Positions 30,540 through 42,274 of a stretch of DNA of 64,000 bases are shown here, one piece after another. Within the stretch, counting starts at the first letter, position 1. Every line of letters starts with the position of its first letter. Made by a program: the position numbers and the translations under genes. Under the pieces are notes generated by a model, which worked only from the letters and a program-made list of their open reading frames with translations, ran no database searches and was not told the origin of the DNA. The stretch is from an uncultured Planctomycetota bacterium. Its GTDB lineage: Bacteria; Planctomycetota; Planctomycetia; Gemmatales; Gemmataceae. The stretch covers positions 32,001 to 96,000 of the forward strand of contig CAWKHF010000008.1 of NCBI GenBank assembly GCA_963849325.1, read 5' to 3'.

Positions 30540-32620
30540 CTAAGGCCGCAGGCCTGGATCCCTGCCGTTCCTCTTTCGCCGTTTCGCCGACTTTCGCCCC
30601 GGCCGGTAGCCCTTGTTCGGCAGGCCCCGCTCCCCAGGTTTCTCGCCCTTGGCCGGGTTGGCCACCGTGTGGTAGTGGTCCGGGTCGTTGGCCCGCCGCC
30701 TGCGCGCCTCGATGGCTTCCTTCGGCGGCTGGGCCGGGATCAGGCAGTCGCAGCCGCTGCCGATCAGGTCCTGCCGCCCGGCCTGGATCAGTGCCTCCCG
30801 CACGGTAAACCAGTTCTCCGGCTTGAAAAACTGCATCAAGCGCCCGCTGCATCTTCCGGTCCCGAAGTCCCTTGGCGACGTACACTTCCTGCTTCGTGAA
30901 CGGGTCGATGCCCGTGTAGTAAATGCACGTGGCGATGTCGAACGGCGCCGGGAATGAAGTCCTGCACCTGATCGGGGCGGTAGCCGTTGCGCTTGAGGAA
31001 GACGGCCAGGTCGATCATCGCGTGCAGGTCGCGAGCCGGGATGGCTGGCGATGTAGTAGGGCACCAGGTACTGCTTCGGCTTGCCGGCCTCGCTGCGACG
31101 CCTGCCTGAAGTCGCGCGGCGAAGCTCTCGAAGTTGTCGTTCTCCGGCTTCTTCATCAGCGCCAGCACGTGCGGGTCGGTGTGCTCCGGCGCCACCTTGA
31201 GATGGCCGCCGACGTGATGCTCGGCCAGCTCGCGCATGTACTCCGGCGACAGCTGGGCCAGGTCCATGCGGATGCCGCTGGCGACCAGCACCTTGCGGAT
31301 GCCCGGCTCGGTGCGGGCACGGCGCATCAGTTCGACCAGCGGGCCGTGGTCGGTGCCGAGCAGCTTGCAGATGGTCGGATGGACGCACGACAGCCGCTTG
31401 CACTTCGCCTCGACCTCCGGCCGCGTGCAGCGCATCTGGTACATGTTGGCCGTCGGGCCGCCGATGTCGCTGATGACGCCGGCGAACTCCGGGTCGGCGG
31501 CCAGCTTGCGCACCTCTTGCAGGACCGACTCTTGCGAGCGCGATTGGATGATGCGGCCCTGGTGGGCGGTGATCGAGCAGAAGGTGCAGCCGCCGAAGCA
31601 GCCGCGCATGATCGTCACCGAGTCCTTAATCATCTCGTAAGCGGGGATCGGCTCGGTGTACGACGGGTGCGGCCGGCGCGTGTAGGGCAGGTCGTAGACG
31701 CGGTCCATCTCCGCCTCGCGACAGCGGCAGGGCCGGCGGATTGACGACGACGGCCTGGCGGTCGTGGAACTGCACGAGCGTCTTGGCGTTGAACGGGTTG
31801 GTGTTGATGTGGATGAGGCGCGTCGCCTCGACGAAGGCGAGCTTGTCGGCTTTCACTTCCTCGAAGCTGGGGAGAACGATGACGCTACCAGCCCGGAGCG
31901 CCAGCGACGGGTCGGACCCGTCGCTGGCGCTCCGGGCTGGTAATGCTTCCGACTCCTTCGCCCCCAGCACATAGGCCACGCCGCGCAGGTCGCGCAGGTC
32001 CTGGACCGTCTCGCCGGCCGCGAGACGGCGGGCGATCTCGACGATCGTCTTCTCGCCCATGCCGTAGACGAGCAGGTCGGCCTTGCTGTCGAGCAGGATC
32101 GAACGGCGGACGGTGTCGCTCCAGTAGTCGTAATGGGCCAGCCGGCGCAGCGACGCCTCGACGCCGCCGGCGATGACCGGCACGCCGGGGAACGCCTCGC
32201 GGGCGCGGTGGCAATAGGGCAGCGTGGCGCGGTCGGGCGCAGGCCGATGCGGCCGCCGGGCGAATAGGCGTCGTCGTTGCGGACCTTCTTGTTGGCGGTG
32301 TAGTGGTTGATGAGCGAGTCCATGTTGCCGGCGCTGACGGCGAAGAACAGGCGCGGCCGGCCGAACTGCCGCCACGGTTCGCAGCTGTGCCAGTCGGGCT
32401 GGCTGAGCACGGCGACGCGGAAGCCGGCGGCTTCCAGCACGCGCGCCAGGATGGCCATCGCGAAGCTGGGATGATCGACGTAGGCGTCGCCGGTGACGAA
32501 GACGACATCGACGTAGTCCCAGCCGCGCGCCCGCATCTCGGCGGCCGTCGTGGGAGCCAGCGGCGCGGCATAGCGTTCGTTCCACAAAGGCAGCGACAAA
32601 CGGGGACTCGCGGGGTTCAT
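30540..32620 (-). CDS. ygiQ: YgiQ/UPF0313 radical SAM protein, multiple frameshifts
   Basis: [35 protein letters not shown] (CxxxCxxC), [31 protein letters not shown]. Confidence 0.92.
31886..31942. repeat. 57-bp perfect palindrome (REP family C) in-frame inside ygiQ
   Basis: taccagcccggagcgccagcgacgggtc-g-gacccgtcgctggcgctccgggctggta. Confidence 0.9.
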
Positions 32621-32637
32621 GGTGCTAACTCGAAGAA

Positions 32638-32765
32638 GATTTCACCGCAGAGGACGCAGAGAGCACAGAGAAATAACCAAATAATGTCAGGACGGTCGTC
32701 CTCCGCCCTTTTATCTTATCTGTTTTGGACTTCTCTGCGCTCTCCGCGTTCTCCGCGGTGAAATC
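32638..32765. repeat. Inverted repeat with 9-mer tandem arms (CGCAGAGxx)
   Basis: gatttcaccgcagaggacgcagagagcacagag ... ctctgcgctctccgcgttctccgcggtgaaatc. Confidence 0.85.
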
Positions 32766-32767
32766 GG

Positions 32768-33554
32768 TTAGAGTTGGGGCATGCGGCCGTCGCAGACGTC
32801 GCGCTCCCACTCGTCCAGCAGCGGCCAGCCGATGGCGCAGGTGCCGAAGTCGGCCATGTACTGATACTGCGTCAAGCGATCGATGGCCTTCTGCACGATG
32901 CGCGGATCGCGGCGGAAAGACGGGACCGTGGCTGGGCAGCAAAAACTCGGCGTCGTCGCGGTTGATGCGCTTGAGCGAATCGATGAAGTCCGGCAGGTTC
33001 GAGCCGTGGTGGGCGTCGATGACGCCGACACAGCTATCCTTGTAAATGTTGTCGCCGCTGAAGAGCAGGTTGCCCATCTTGAAGCTGAGATGGCCCGGCG
33101 TGTGGCCGGGCGTGTGCCACACCTTCAGACGCAGGTCGCCGACGGCGATGGTATCGCCTTCGTTGAGGAGTATGTCGATCTTGCAAGGAGTTAAAGGAAT
33201 CTCGATGCCCTGAGCCTTGATGGAGGCGTAGGTCTGGATCTCATCGCCCGACTCCAGCGGGGCGACGCTGAGCGGATGGGCGGCCACCTTGGTTTTGAGG
33301 ACGTCCTTGGCGTGCGACAGACCCTGGATGTGGTCGGCGTCGGCGTGGGTGGCGATAATCATCTTGCAGGTGGACAGGTTGAAATCCATCTGGCGGATCA
33401 GTTCGATGATCTCGTCCACGCTATCGAGGTAGCCGATGTCGATGAGCAGGAACTCCTCGCCGCCGTCGAGCAGGTAGACGTTGACGCCCAGGCGCCGGCC
33501 GGCCTGGTAGTTCATCTCGATGACTCGGGGGAAGAGATACTTCCGCGCCAGCAT
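32768..33554 (-). CDS. MBL-fold metallo-hydrolase; frameshift near 32915
   Basis: [23 protein letters not shown]. Confidence 0.9.
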
Positions 33555-33744
33555 GGTTGCGGTCCCCGCCAGAGAAGACAGTCCTGTCTGTCATGATAGG
33601 AGGGGAGGGGACCGATTCAAGCCTGTACAGTGCCGCGCCGGCGAGCGGCCCTTGTACGGCCCGCGTCCGGCTGCTGCAATGAAAGTGGGAGATGCACACC
33701 GGCATCGTCCCGAGCGGAGTTGGCGTTTTTTCAGCGAGAGCCCC

Positions 33745-34062
33745 ATGCCAAATTTGACAATCACCATTCCCCATCAACTCGGCCGCGACGAGGCCAAGCG
33801 ACGCATCGGCGAACAGGCCGTCCAGTTGCAGAGCCAGCACGGCGGCATGTTGGAGCGCGTCGAGCAGCGCTGGGAGGGCGACACGCTGCACTTTCTCGTC
33901 GCGGCGGTCGGCCAGTCCATCTCGGGCACCTTGCGCGTGGCCGAGCAAAACGTGCATCTGGAAGTCGAACTGCCGTGGATGCTGGCGATGCTGGCCGGCA
34001 CTGTGAAAAAGCAGATCGAGCAGCGGGGCCGCAACTTGCTGGGCCATCGTCCCGGTGGCTGA
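33745..34062 (+). CDS. Polyhydroxyalkanoic acid system (PHA_gran_rgn-like) protein
   Basis: ITIPHQLGRDEAKRRI...WEGDTLHF...ISGTL.V...LPWML. Confidence 0.78.
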   Translation: MPNLTITIPHQLGRDEAKRRIGEQAVQLQSQHGGMLERVEQRWEGDTLHFLVAAVGQSISGTLRVAEQNVHLEVELPWMLAMLAGTVKKQIEQRGRNLLGHRPGG

Positions 34063-34067
34063 GAGCT

Positions 34068-34946
34068 TCAATTCTTCGCCGGGTCGAACAGCAACGGAAA
34101 GAACTGTCCTTCAACCTTCTGTCCCTTGGCGACGACGGGAACGCCCTGGAGCAACGGCGTGTTCGTGTTGGAAACAACGCCGTCGCGGAAAACATTGAGG
34201 ACCGTGGCGCGTCGCGGCCGATCCGTCCGGTTCTCGTAGGAGCCGTGTACCATCAGCGGATGGTGGAACGCCGCTTCGCCCTTCTTCATTTCGATGGCGA
34301 CCGGCTGGAAGTTCGCCTTCTGCTGGGGAGAGAGCACGTTCTGGATGGCGTGCATGTCGCCGGTCAGGCCGGTGATGGGCAGCAGTTGCCAGCGATGACT
34401 GCCGGGAACGTAGTGCAGGCAGCCGTTGTCGCGCGTGGCGTCGTCCAGGCCGATCCAGCACGTCAGATGGGCCATTGGCTCCGTCCGCGTCCAGTACGAA
34501 TAATCCTGATGCCAGGCGACGACGCCGCCATGATGGGCCGGCTTGCAAAAGAGCTGATCGTGCCAGAAGCGCACGGCGCCGCCCAGAAGTTGGCTAGCCG
34601 GCACCATGAAGGCGGGATGCCACAACAGATCGTGGAAGCCCGGCTGGATGCGCCAGGCGCCCAGGGCGTGGAACAGCACGCGCGACGGGTCGGGCGATTC
34701 GTTCGAGTGGAACTCGTGGAAGAGGTCGTTGCCGGGGTGCTTGGGGTCGAACAACTCTTGCAGCTCCGCGCGCAGACGATCGACCTGCTCGTCGTTGAGG
34801 ATGCGGACGCCGGACAGGTAGCCCTGTTCGTGAAAGAAACTCACCTGCTCGTCGCGGAGGCGATAGCGTTCCCACTCGCTGGGAGACCGGGAAGGCGCGA
34901 GCAAATCACCAACCAAGTCGTGGCGCCGCGACAAATCTTCGACCAT
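34068..34946 (-). CDS. Phytanoyl-CoA dioxygenase (PhyH) family Fe(II)/2OG oxygenase
   Basis: [26 protein letters not shown]...RR. Confidence 0.9.
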   Translation of the reverse strand: MVEDLSRRHDLVGDLLAPSRSPSEWERYRLRDEQVSFFHEQGYLSGVRILNDEQVDRLRAELQELFDPKHPGNDLFHEFHSNESPDPSRVLFHALGAWRIQPGFHDLLWHPAFMVPASQLLGGAVRFWHDQLFCKPAHHGGVVAWHQDYSYWTRTEPMAHLTCWIGLDDATRDNGCLHYVPGSHRWQLLPITGLTGDMHAIQNVLSPQQKANFQPVAIEMKKGEAAFHHPLMVHGSYENRTDRPRRATVLNVFRDGVVSNTNTPLLQGVPVVAKGQKVEGQFFPLLFDPAKN

Positions 34947-35038
34947 GAGACTCTTCTCCGCACTCGGCAGGCTTCATACGGTGACAGTGCGGACAGCTTA
35001 CGAGTTTCGCCCGGCGATTCCAGGGAGCGAGGCCCATC

Positions 35039-35608
35039 GTGAACGCATCATTTGTTGCCGAGAAGTTCGCGGCAGCGCTGCCGTATGACCGTTATGTCGG
35101 CACCGGCACCGACGAGCAGCGGCGACGCTGGCAGCAAGTGTACGCAGCGGCGCGGCTGACGGACGCGCAGAGGCAACTCGTGGCCGGCTTCGGACGCGAC
35201 ATGAAGGTGTTGATCGTCAGCGGCATCTGGTGCGGCGACTGCGTGCAGCAGTGTCCGCTCTTGCAGCGCATCGCCGAGGCCAACGCGGCGCGCATCGACC
35301 TGCGTCTGCTCGACCGCGACGAACATCGCGAACTGGCCGACAAGGTGCGCATCAACGGCGGCGATCGCGTGCCGGTGGCGCTGTTCCTGGCCGAGGACCA
35401 TGAGCTTTGCTCCGTTTTCGGCGATCGCACACTGAATCGCTACCGCGCCCTGGCGGCCCGGCAGCTGGGACCGTCGTGTCCCACCGGCATCGTGGCGCCG
35501 GGGGCGGAGGAACTGACCGCGACGCTGCAAGACTGGCTGAACGAATTCGAGCGCGTCCAACTGATGCTACGCCTCAGCGCGCGGCTGCGGCAGAAGCATA
35601 ACGATTGA
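35039..35608 (+). CDS. Thioredoxin-family protein
   Basis: WCGDC active-site motif and cis-Pro RVP. Confidence 0.85.
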   Translation: MNASFVAEKFAAALPYDRYVGTGTDEQRRRWQQVYAAARLTDAQRQLVAGFGRDMKVLIVSGIWCGDCVQQCPLLQRIAEANAARIDLRLLDRDEHRELADKVRINGGDRVPVALFLAEDHELCSVFGDRTLNRYRALAARQLGPSCPTGIVAPGAEELTATLQDWLNEFERVQLMLRLSARLRQKHND

Positions 35609-35740
35609 CCGGACGTCGAAGCGATCATCGGCGTGCGCAACCTGACGAAAGTTCACCCCGACGCCGCGCGGGCCGTGCGGGGCGTGACCTTCCGGGTGGC
35701 GCGGCGCGTTCTTCGTCTTCGCCTGCGCTAAGTTTCGTCC

Positions 35741-36076
35741 TCAGCCCCGGCTTTCCGGCCTGTCTTCGGGTGGTCGGCGCACTCCCTCTTCCGCCCTCGG
35801 CGAACGTCCTGGAAGGAACGCCAGGATGATCCCCAGAGCAGCGCCGATAACGGCGCCTCCTCCGACGAAATAGCGGAAGAAAGACTTCAGATCCTCGCGG
35901 AGATCGGGACGCTGCTTCTCGCACCAGAGGTCAATCAGGCCGAGCAGAGCGCCCCCAAGAATGGCTCCGACGAACGCACCGACGGCCAGTATCGCGATAA
36001 GTCCAAAGCAAGCTGGGCGGGTCGATTGTCCCTTGGAAGGTATCCGCTCGGTTGGGGGCAAGTCCGAATAGGGCAT
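35741..36076 (-). CDS. Small two-TM hypothetical protein
   Basis: AAGGAAGG RBS; two Gly-rich hydrophobic helices. Confidence 0.5.
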   Translation of the reverse strand: MPYSDLPPTERIPSKGQSTRPACFGLIAILAVGAFVGAILGGALLGLIDLWCEKQRPDLREDLKSFFRYFVGGGAVIGAALGIILAFLPGRSPRAEEGVRRPPEDRPESRG

Positions 36077-36199
36077 GTCAACCCTTCCTTTCGCCTCCGA
36101 GAACGAAGGTATCTTGCACGCGCGCAACTCGAAAAGATCACCTGACGACTGCGGCGTGCCCGTGCCCTCCCCGTGGCCCGGTGCACGGTGCGGGAAGTA

Positions 36200-38673
36200 T
36201 TAAGAGGGCTGTTCCAAGCGCTGCAAGGCGTCGTAGGCATTCGGCGCCAGCGGGTTGCCCTCGTAGGCGGTGACCTGCTTGTAGCACTTGGCGGCACGGA
36301 CGCGGTCGCCGAGCTGCTCGTAAGCCTGGCCCATCTTGTATAGCGTCCGCGCGCCGCTCTTGGAACTTTGCCGGAAGTCGATCAGGCACGGCACGGCCAG
36401 GTCGGCCCGCCCCACCTCCAGATACAGGTCGCTCAAGAGCTGGCAGCTCTGATACCAGGCATCCTCATCCTCGCCGCTGGCGAACTTCTCCGGCTTGGGT
36501 TGACGCACTTCTTCGAGCACGGCGATGGCCTTGTCGCGCTCGCCGTAACGCAGCAGCACCTTGGCCAGCAGCACCTTCACCGTCCGGCTGTCGGGCTGGA
36601 CGATCCGCGCCAGCTGGACCAGGTGATGGGCCACGTCCAGCCATTCCAGTTCTGTGTATCGGCCATCGAGGATCGAACGAGCCTTGCGCAGACAGTAATC
36701 CACGTCGAACCAGGCGCGCACCGATTCCTGACGCGCCTGCATTTGCTCCGGCATCACCGAGTAATAGAAATCGTCCTTGCGTTGCAGCAGCTCCTTGTCC
36801 TTGGGGTTGTAGACCAACGCCTGATCGTTGACGCGCGCGGCCGACAGGGCATCGCCCTTCTTGGCGTAGAGGCTGGCCAGGGTGCGCAGCGTCTCCAGGC
36901 CGGCGCGCTCGGACTCGGCGTAAAGGTGATAGTCCTCGATGGCGGCGTCGAGGTCGCCGCGGGCCAGGGCGTCCTCGCCGAGTAGCTTGACGGTGGCGAA
37001 GTACGCTTGCCGCTCGGCGTCGGCGAGGTTCTTCTGGCCGACGGCCAGGCCGGCGCGCTTGGCCAGCTCGTAGTTATGACGGGCGTCCTCGACGTGGCCG
37101 GCGCGTGGTGCGCCTGGGCGATTTGCACGAAGATCGTCGGGCCAAGGGTCGGCAGACCGCGCGCGGCCATGCGCAGATACTCGCCGCCGCGCTGCCAGCG
37201 AGCGTTGTCGTCGATCAGGGCCAGGCCAAGCTGCTGCACGTACTCGTGATCGAAGTGCTGGGCCGCGATGCCCTGGCCGGCGAAGGCGTCGTACTCCGGC
37301 TCGGTCACGTCCTGGTACAGCAAGCGCTTGAGGCCCCACACCGTCTGATCGTCGGGCTGTTCGGCCAGGTGGCGCTCGACAGCGGCGATGGCCTCCATGC
37401 GCCGGCCGGGCAGTGCAAGTTGCGGCTGGCCGACACGGCGGCGCAGCTCGTCGTGCAGCAGCAGGGCCAGCTGCCAGGCCGACAGCAGGACGTGGTGTCG
37501 CTGGGGGTTGCCCGGCCCGTAGTGCGAGGGGTCGAGGACGTGCTCCAGCTCGACGGCGGCCTCGTCGAAGCGGCGGCCGTGCGTGTGGGCGACGGCGCGC
37601 CAGTAATCGACCGACGGCCGCATGGCCGGCTGCAAGCGCAGCACCAGGTCGAGCAGGCGATGCGACTCGTCGAGTTGGGCGGCGGACGGACCCGGTTGCA
37701 ACAGCAGCGAGCCGGCGCGCTGCAAGCACAGGTCGAGATCGACCAGGGCCAGCGTCTGCGGATCGTGGGCCAACTGCTCCAGGTCGAGCGAGCGATGGAC
37801 GTCCCAGAAGCCGTCGCGGGCCAGGCGGTTGTTGGGGTCTAGCTGCAAGGCCCGGCGGAACGCCTGCAAGGCGCGGCGATGACGGCCGACACGAGCGTAA
37901 CTGAGGCCGCGGAAAGCGTGCTTGAGGACGCGCAGGCCCGGCAACACCTTCATGGTGTAACCGAAATACACCAGCATCGGCAGCAGGAACGCCAGGGAAC
38001 GAATCTGCATATAATCATAAGTTAGGATGCCCAGGCCGAGGCCGAGGCTGGCGCACATGACGCCGATCTCGATTTCGGACTCCTCCTCGTGGCCGGCGAA
38101 GGTCAGCAGATAGAAGAAGGGGATGCTGAGCAAGACCTGCACGGCGAAGACGGTCGAGTCTTCGAGGTGGTGCATCTGGGCCAGGTCGCCGAACTTGCCG
38201 AGCCAGTAGAGGAGTCCGCCGACCAGGCCGGCGCCGAGGGCCAAAATCAGGCCGATGCGCGTGAGCCGATGACGCACCTGTCGCAGCGAACCGAAGGCCA
38301 GGCCGGCGAGGGCGCCGCCGCCCAGTGTCGGCAGGAACAAGTCGGTGAGCCGAGGTTGATCGCCGATCAGCTGGCGGACCCAGGCGATGCCGCCGAGCGT
38401 GCCGCCGAGGATGCCGGCATACACCAGCGTCGGGCTTTCCAGGAGCAGAAACAGCGCGAAGACGAGCAATCGGCCGCGAACGCGATAGCCCTCGCGCATC
38501 TTGGCCAGCGCCGCCACGAGCAAGGCGAGGAGCAGACCGCCCAGGGCCAGCAGATTGACGCGCACCAGCGCGTCCCAGGAATGGTCGGCCGCCGCCGCCT
38601 GCTGCAAGGCGGCGTACAGCACCAGGCCGAGGTAAACGCCCTTGAGGAGATATTCGGTTGGCAGCCAGCGCAT
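36200..38673 (-). CDS. Polytopic membrane protein with C-terminal TPR array; frameshift near 37105
   Basis: Several N-terminal TM helices, then TPR-like repeats (ALQAFRRALQLDPNN; TLYKMGQAYEQLGD). Confidence 0.82.
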
Positions 38674-38782
38674 GAGAGGCCGTCTCGCGGAGAACTCGGG
38701 TTCGGTAGGACTGTTGTGAAGGGTAACGACTTGACAGGCGGATGGGAAGGGGCGCAGCCATTCAACCGCTTGCGGAGGAACT

Positions 38783-38852
38783 TCGTTTAGCCGCGACGCG
38801 CAGCGGAGCGCGGGAGCAATCCCGCGCTCCGCTGCGCGTCGCGGCTAAACGA
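38783..38852. repeat. REP-like hairpin family B (33-bp perfect arms)
   Basis: tcgtttagccgcgacgcgcagcggagcgcggga-gcaa-reverse complement. Confidence 0.9.
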
Positions 38853-38858
38853 GCAATG

Positions 38859-39973
38859 TTACTTACGCGAAGGACCGTCCCCGAACGTCAGCTTTTCCAC
38901 GCTCGCTTGTCTGCGAAACTCGTCGAAGGAGATCTTTCCCTCTCCCACTTGATCGAGCAGTTTCTTCGGAGCGGAGATAATCAACTTGACGGGCAGAGCG
39001 ACCTCCGCCGGCTTGCCGGCAGCAGGATCGTCCCTGGTGTTCCCGTTCTCTTTCATGAGCGTGAGGGACTGATCCAGCGCGGACCGGGCCTCTTCGAGAC
39101 TGGATAGCATGAGGTACGCCTGGGCCAGTTTTCGAGCCAGCACAGCCATCTGCTGCCGGCCGGGCTTCATGTCCAGGGCCTTCCGATAGGTGTCCCTGGC
39201 CATTCCGTAGTGCTCCTGTTTCATGTGCAAATCGCCCAGCAATTCGAGATCGCGCACCTTCGCCGCGAGGTAATCGTCTGTTCCCTCGTTCGGCGCGTTC
39301 GATTCCCTTTTCGCCTTTCCCCCTTGAGACTTTGGTGTAGTCGAGGATTGGTCCTGACCGCGCACGGTGATAACGAGGGTTACGCTTTCGTTCTCGCCCA
39401 GCTGGGAGAAGTGACGGCCGTTCTCCGCCAACGCCTTCAGCAAGACGTCGCTTAACTCCGGCGGCTTGCTCGTTTCAGTTTTTTTGGGGGATTCCTTCTC
39501 CTTGCGAACCTCCCGGCGAGCACGCTCCCATTCGCTGACCGGCCGGGCCGTCTCGGCCTTGGCGGGAGATTGCAACGAGGACAGCGTGGCCGTGTAGACA
39601 ACGCCTTTGTCCTTCAGATACACACCTTCCAGCGAAGGAGAAACTACCTCTTGCCATACCATTAGCGTCCCGCCCGTGTCATACCAAATTGGCGGGGCGA
39701 CGAGCAACTGGCCGCCCAGCGGCATCACGCCCATGCCCATCATTCCACCCTGCATGCCCATCATCCCGCCTCGGTTCTGCGGATAGTTGGTCCGCGGGTA
39801 AAGGGGGTGCAGCTTGCGATCCAGGATGCGCCGAAGATCTCGATGTCCTCATACATCTTGTTGTGGTCGGGGACCACTTTGATTTTGGAGGAGAAGGTAT
39901 ACGTCTGGGCGCGGAGCAGGCCCGGCGTGAGGACGGCAACCGACAGGGCCAGCACAAGGCAGCGCGGCATCAT
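38859..39973 (-). CDS. Secreted TPR-containing hypothetical protein; frameshift near 39835
   Basis: Signal peptide (ORF 39761..39973) joins via RRILDRKL to ORF 38859..39764; TPR LGDLHMKQEHY..A..YRKAL. Confidence 0.7.
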
Positions 39974-40597
39974 GGTTTCTCTCCTTTGCGTGTCAAAAGG
40001 TAAAGGGCGGCCACATCGTGTTCGGTCGTGCTCCAGCGCTGCTCTCCCTGCGCCTGGAGCACCTGAACGTATCGTTGCAGTCGATCAAGCCGTTCCCCGA
40101 AGCGCTGATCGCGGTCATCGGCATCTTGCTTGAGGGCGTGGATCAGCTCACGGAGCACGCGCAGCTCCGCCTCCGTCTCCGGCGGCAGCTCGGCCTTCAT
40201 CACGATCACTTTGGGCGGAGCGGGAACGGGTGTAGCCGAGGGTGGATCGCCCCAGTACACGACCATTTGTCCCGTCCCCATGCGAACCTCCAGCCGAAGG
40301 CCCAGGACGAGCAGCAGCACGGCCGCGACGGCGCCGACGACCACGGCCCCGCGCCGCCAGCGCCGGAGGCGACGCGCCTGCCGCGCGGCGTGGGTGCGAT
40401 ACAGTTGCGACAGGTCCACCGCGACATCGGGGATGGCAGCATCGTCCAGCAGGCGGCGGACGTTCTCCAGCGTTTGCTGCTCGCGGCGGCAAGCGGGACA
40501 GTGGGCGAGGTGTTCTCGCAGCGCCGCCTGTTCGTGCGAGCCGGCGTCGCCGTAGATCAGCAGCGGCAGGGCCGCGCGCAGCATCGGTGCATGTCAT
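39970..40597 (-). CDS. zf-HC2 anti-sigma factor (frameshift near start)
   Basis: HLAHCPAC ZAS motif and a single TM helix; ATGA coupling to the sigma gene. Confidence 0.85.
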
Positions 40598-41226
40598 GGC
40601 TCAGTCTCCGGGGTGTCGTCGCACAAAGGCCGCAATCGCGGCCGCAGACGCTCCAGCGCCGCGCGGAAGCGCGACTTGACGGTGCTGGCCGGCTCGCCCA
40701 GCAAACGGGCGATGTCCGCGAAGCTCATCTCCTCGTAATGGCGCAGGACGAGGACGAGGCGCAGCGGTTCGGGCAGATCGGCGATGGAGCGAGCGACCAG
40801 CCGGCCGCGCTCGGCTTGCTCACAGGCGTCCTCCGGCGATGGTCCGCGAGCGGCGGTCTCCACGTCGCCGAGGTCGAGAGGTTCCTTGCGGCGGCGCCGG
40901 TTGGCGTCGCGGGCCACGTTCAAGGCGATGCGGTACAGCCAGCGCGAGAACGCCCCGGTCTCCCGATAGCGCGTGCGGTGCTCAAAGACGCGCAGGAAGA
41001 CCTCCTGGCACAGATCGGCAACCAGTTCCGGGCGGCCGACGAGATGGAAGAGAAAGCGAGCGATGGGCTGCTGCCAACGGCGCACCAGCCCCTCGAAGGC
41101 CATCGGGTCGCCGTCCCGCCAGTCCAGGTCCGGTTCCATGCCCGCGCTGCTCGTGAGAACGATCGAGCCTTCCCTCTTACTTAAACGCGGCAGGAGTCGA
41201 AATCGACGAAAGATTTCGCGCCTCAT
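40594..41226 (-). CDS. ECF sigma-70 factor (start uncertain, possibly 41139)
   Basis: DLCQEVFLRV, WLYRIALN, region 4 MSFADIARLLGEPASTVKSR. Confidence 0.88.
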   Translation of the reverse strand: MRREIFRRFRLLPRLSKREGSIVLTSSAGMEPDLDWRDGDPMAFEGLVRRWQQPIARFLFHLVGRPELVADLCQEVFLRVFEHRTRYRETGAFSRWLYRIALNVARDANRRRRKEPLDLGDVETAARGPSPEDACEQAERGRLVARSIADLPEPLRLVLVLRHYEEMSFADIARLLGEPASTVKSRFRAALERLRPRLRPLCDDTPETEP

Positions 41227-41236
41227 GCGATGCTCT

Positions 41237-41305
41237 CGTTTAGCCGCGACGCGCAGCGGAGCGCGGGAGCCTCCTCCGCGCTCCGCTGCGCGTCGCGGCT
41301 AAACG
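41237..41305. repeat. REP-like hairpin family B (second copy)
   Basis: Arms essentially identical to 38783-38852. Confidence 0.9.
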
Positions 41306-41333
41306 GACATTTCGATGGGACAAAATCCGATTC

Positions 41334-42092
41334 TCAACCCGAACGCCAGCGTTCCAGGGCCGAGCGGCAGTGTTCGAGCAAATGGAGATCGATTAACTCG
41401 TCTTCGAGCTGGTCCGGCGTGGGATGGGTCATTGCCTGGGCGATCTCATCGAGCAGCAGGTCGGCGAAGCGTTCGCGCGCGCGTTCGAGGGTCTTACGCA
41501 CGCCGGCGGCGGTCAGCGACTTACCGAGGACGCGGCCCAGCGGTTCCGTCATCTCGTGGGAGCGCAGTTCCGGATGATCGGCGCGGAAACGGAGCACGGT
41601 ATGGAAACACTGGCCGTTAGCCTTGTCGGCGTCGGCCAGGGCCGCCCAGGTACGGGCCAACAGTTCGTCGCGCCAGCTGGCCAGGAAGGCTTGCTCCTGG
41701 ACGGCGTCCGGTTCGCAGATGACGCCTGGCTCGGGAGAGTCCGGCGCCATCTGGCGCGGCAGGCGCTGACGCTTCTTGTGGTAATCGGCGACCAGGTGGA
41801 AGAGGACGCCCTTGACGTAATCGCGGAAGCGGCCACGCTGCGGATCGACGCGGCGCATGTCGCCGTGCAGAAAACGATAGGCGAACTCCTGGAACAGGTC
41901 TTCGGCGGCGTCGGCGCCGTGGAGGGCGCCGAGCAGGTAGCGGCGGACGGCGCCGCCGTAGCGCTCCAGCATCTGCCGCTGGGCGGCGCCGACCTCGTCG
42001 CCACTGTCGTGGTGTGCCTGGCTGACCAGCGACCAGAGCGTGGTAATCCGGCTCAGACGCAGGTTCGAGCTGGGTTCGTTCATGAAGATCAC
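41334..42092 (-). CDS. Planctomycete-type ECF sigma-70 factor
   Basis: ITTLWSLV, RYGGAVRRYL, AEDLFQEF, RGRFRDY, VRKTLERARERFA. Confidence 0.85.
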   Translation of the reverse strand: MIFMNEPSSNLRLSRITTLWSLVSQAHHDSGDEVGAAQRQMLERYGGAVRRYLLGALHGADAAEDLFQEFAYRFLHGDMRRVDPQRGRFRDYVKGVLFHLVADYHKKRQRLPRQMAPDSPEPGVICEPDAVQEQAFLASWRDELLARTWAALADADKANGQCFHTVLRFRADHPELRSHEMTEPLGRVLGKSLTAAGVRKTLERARERFADLLLDEIAQAMTHPTPDQLEDELIDLHLLEHCRSALERWRSG

Positions 42093-42274
42093 TCCTCGTT
42101 GAGGACGTCGTTGCCGAACTCACTCCTTATTCTATGTCCGGCGAGCCGTCGATTGTCACACTTTTCCAACTCGGACGAACAAGAGGGTGGCAGGAAGGAT
42201 CGACGGGCTCCCTTGCAGGCGTGCTGCACCGGTCTTCCGCGACCCGAGTCTTGTCGCAGGAAAAGGAGAACGCC

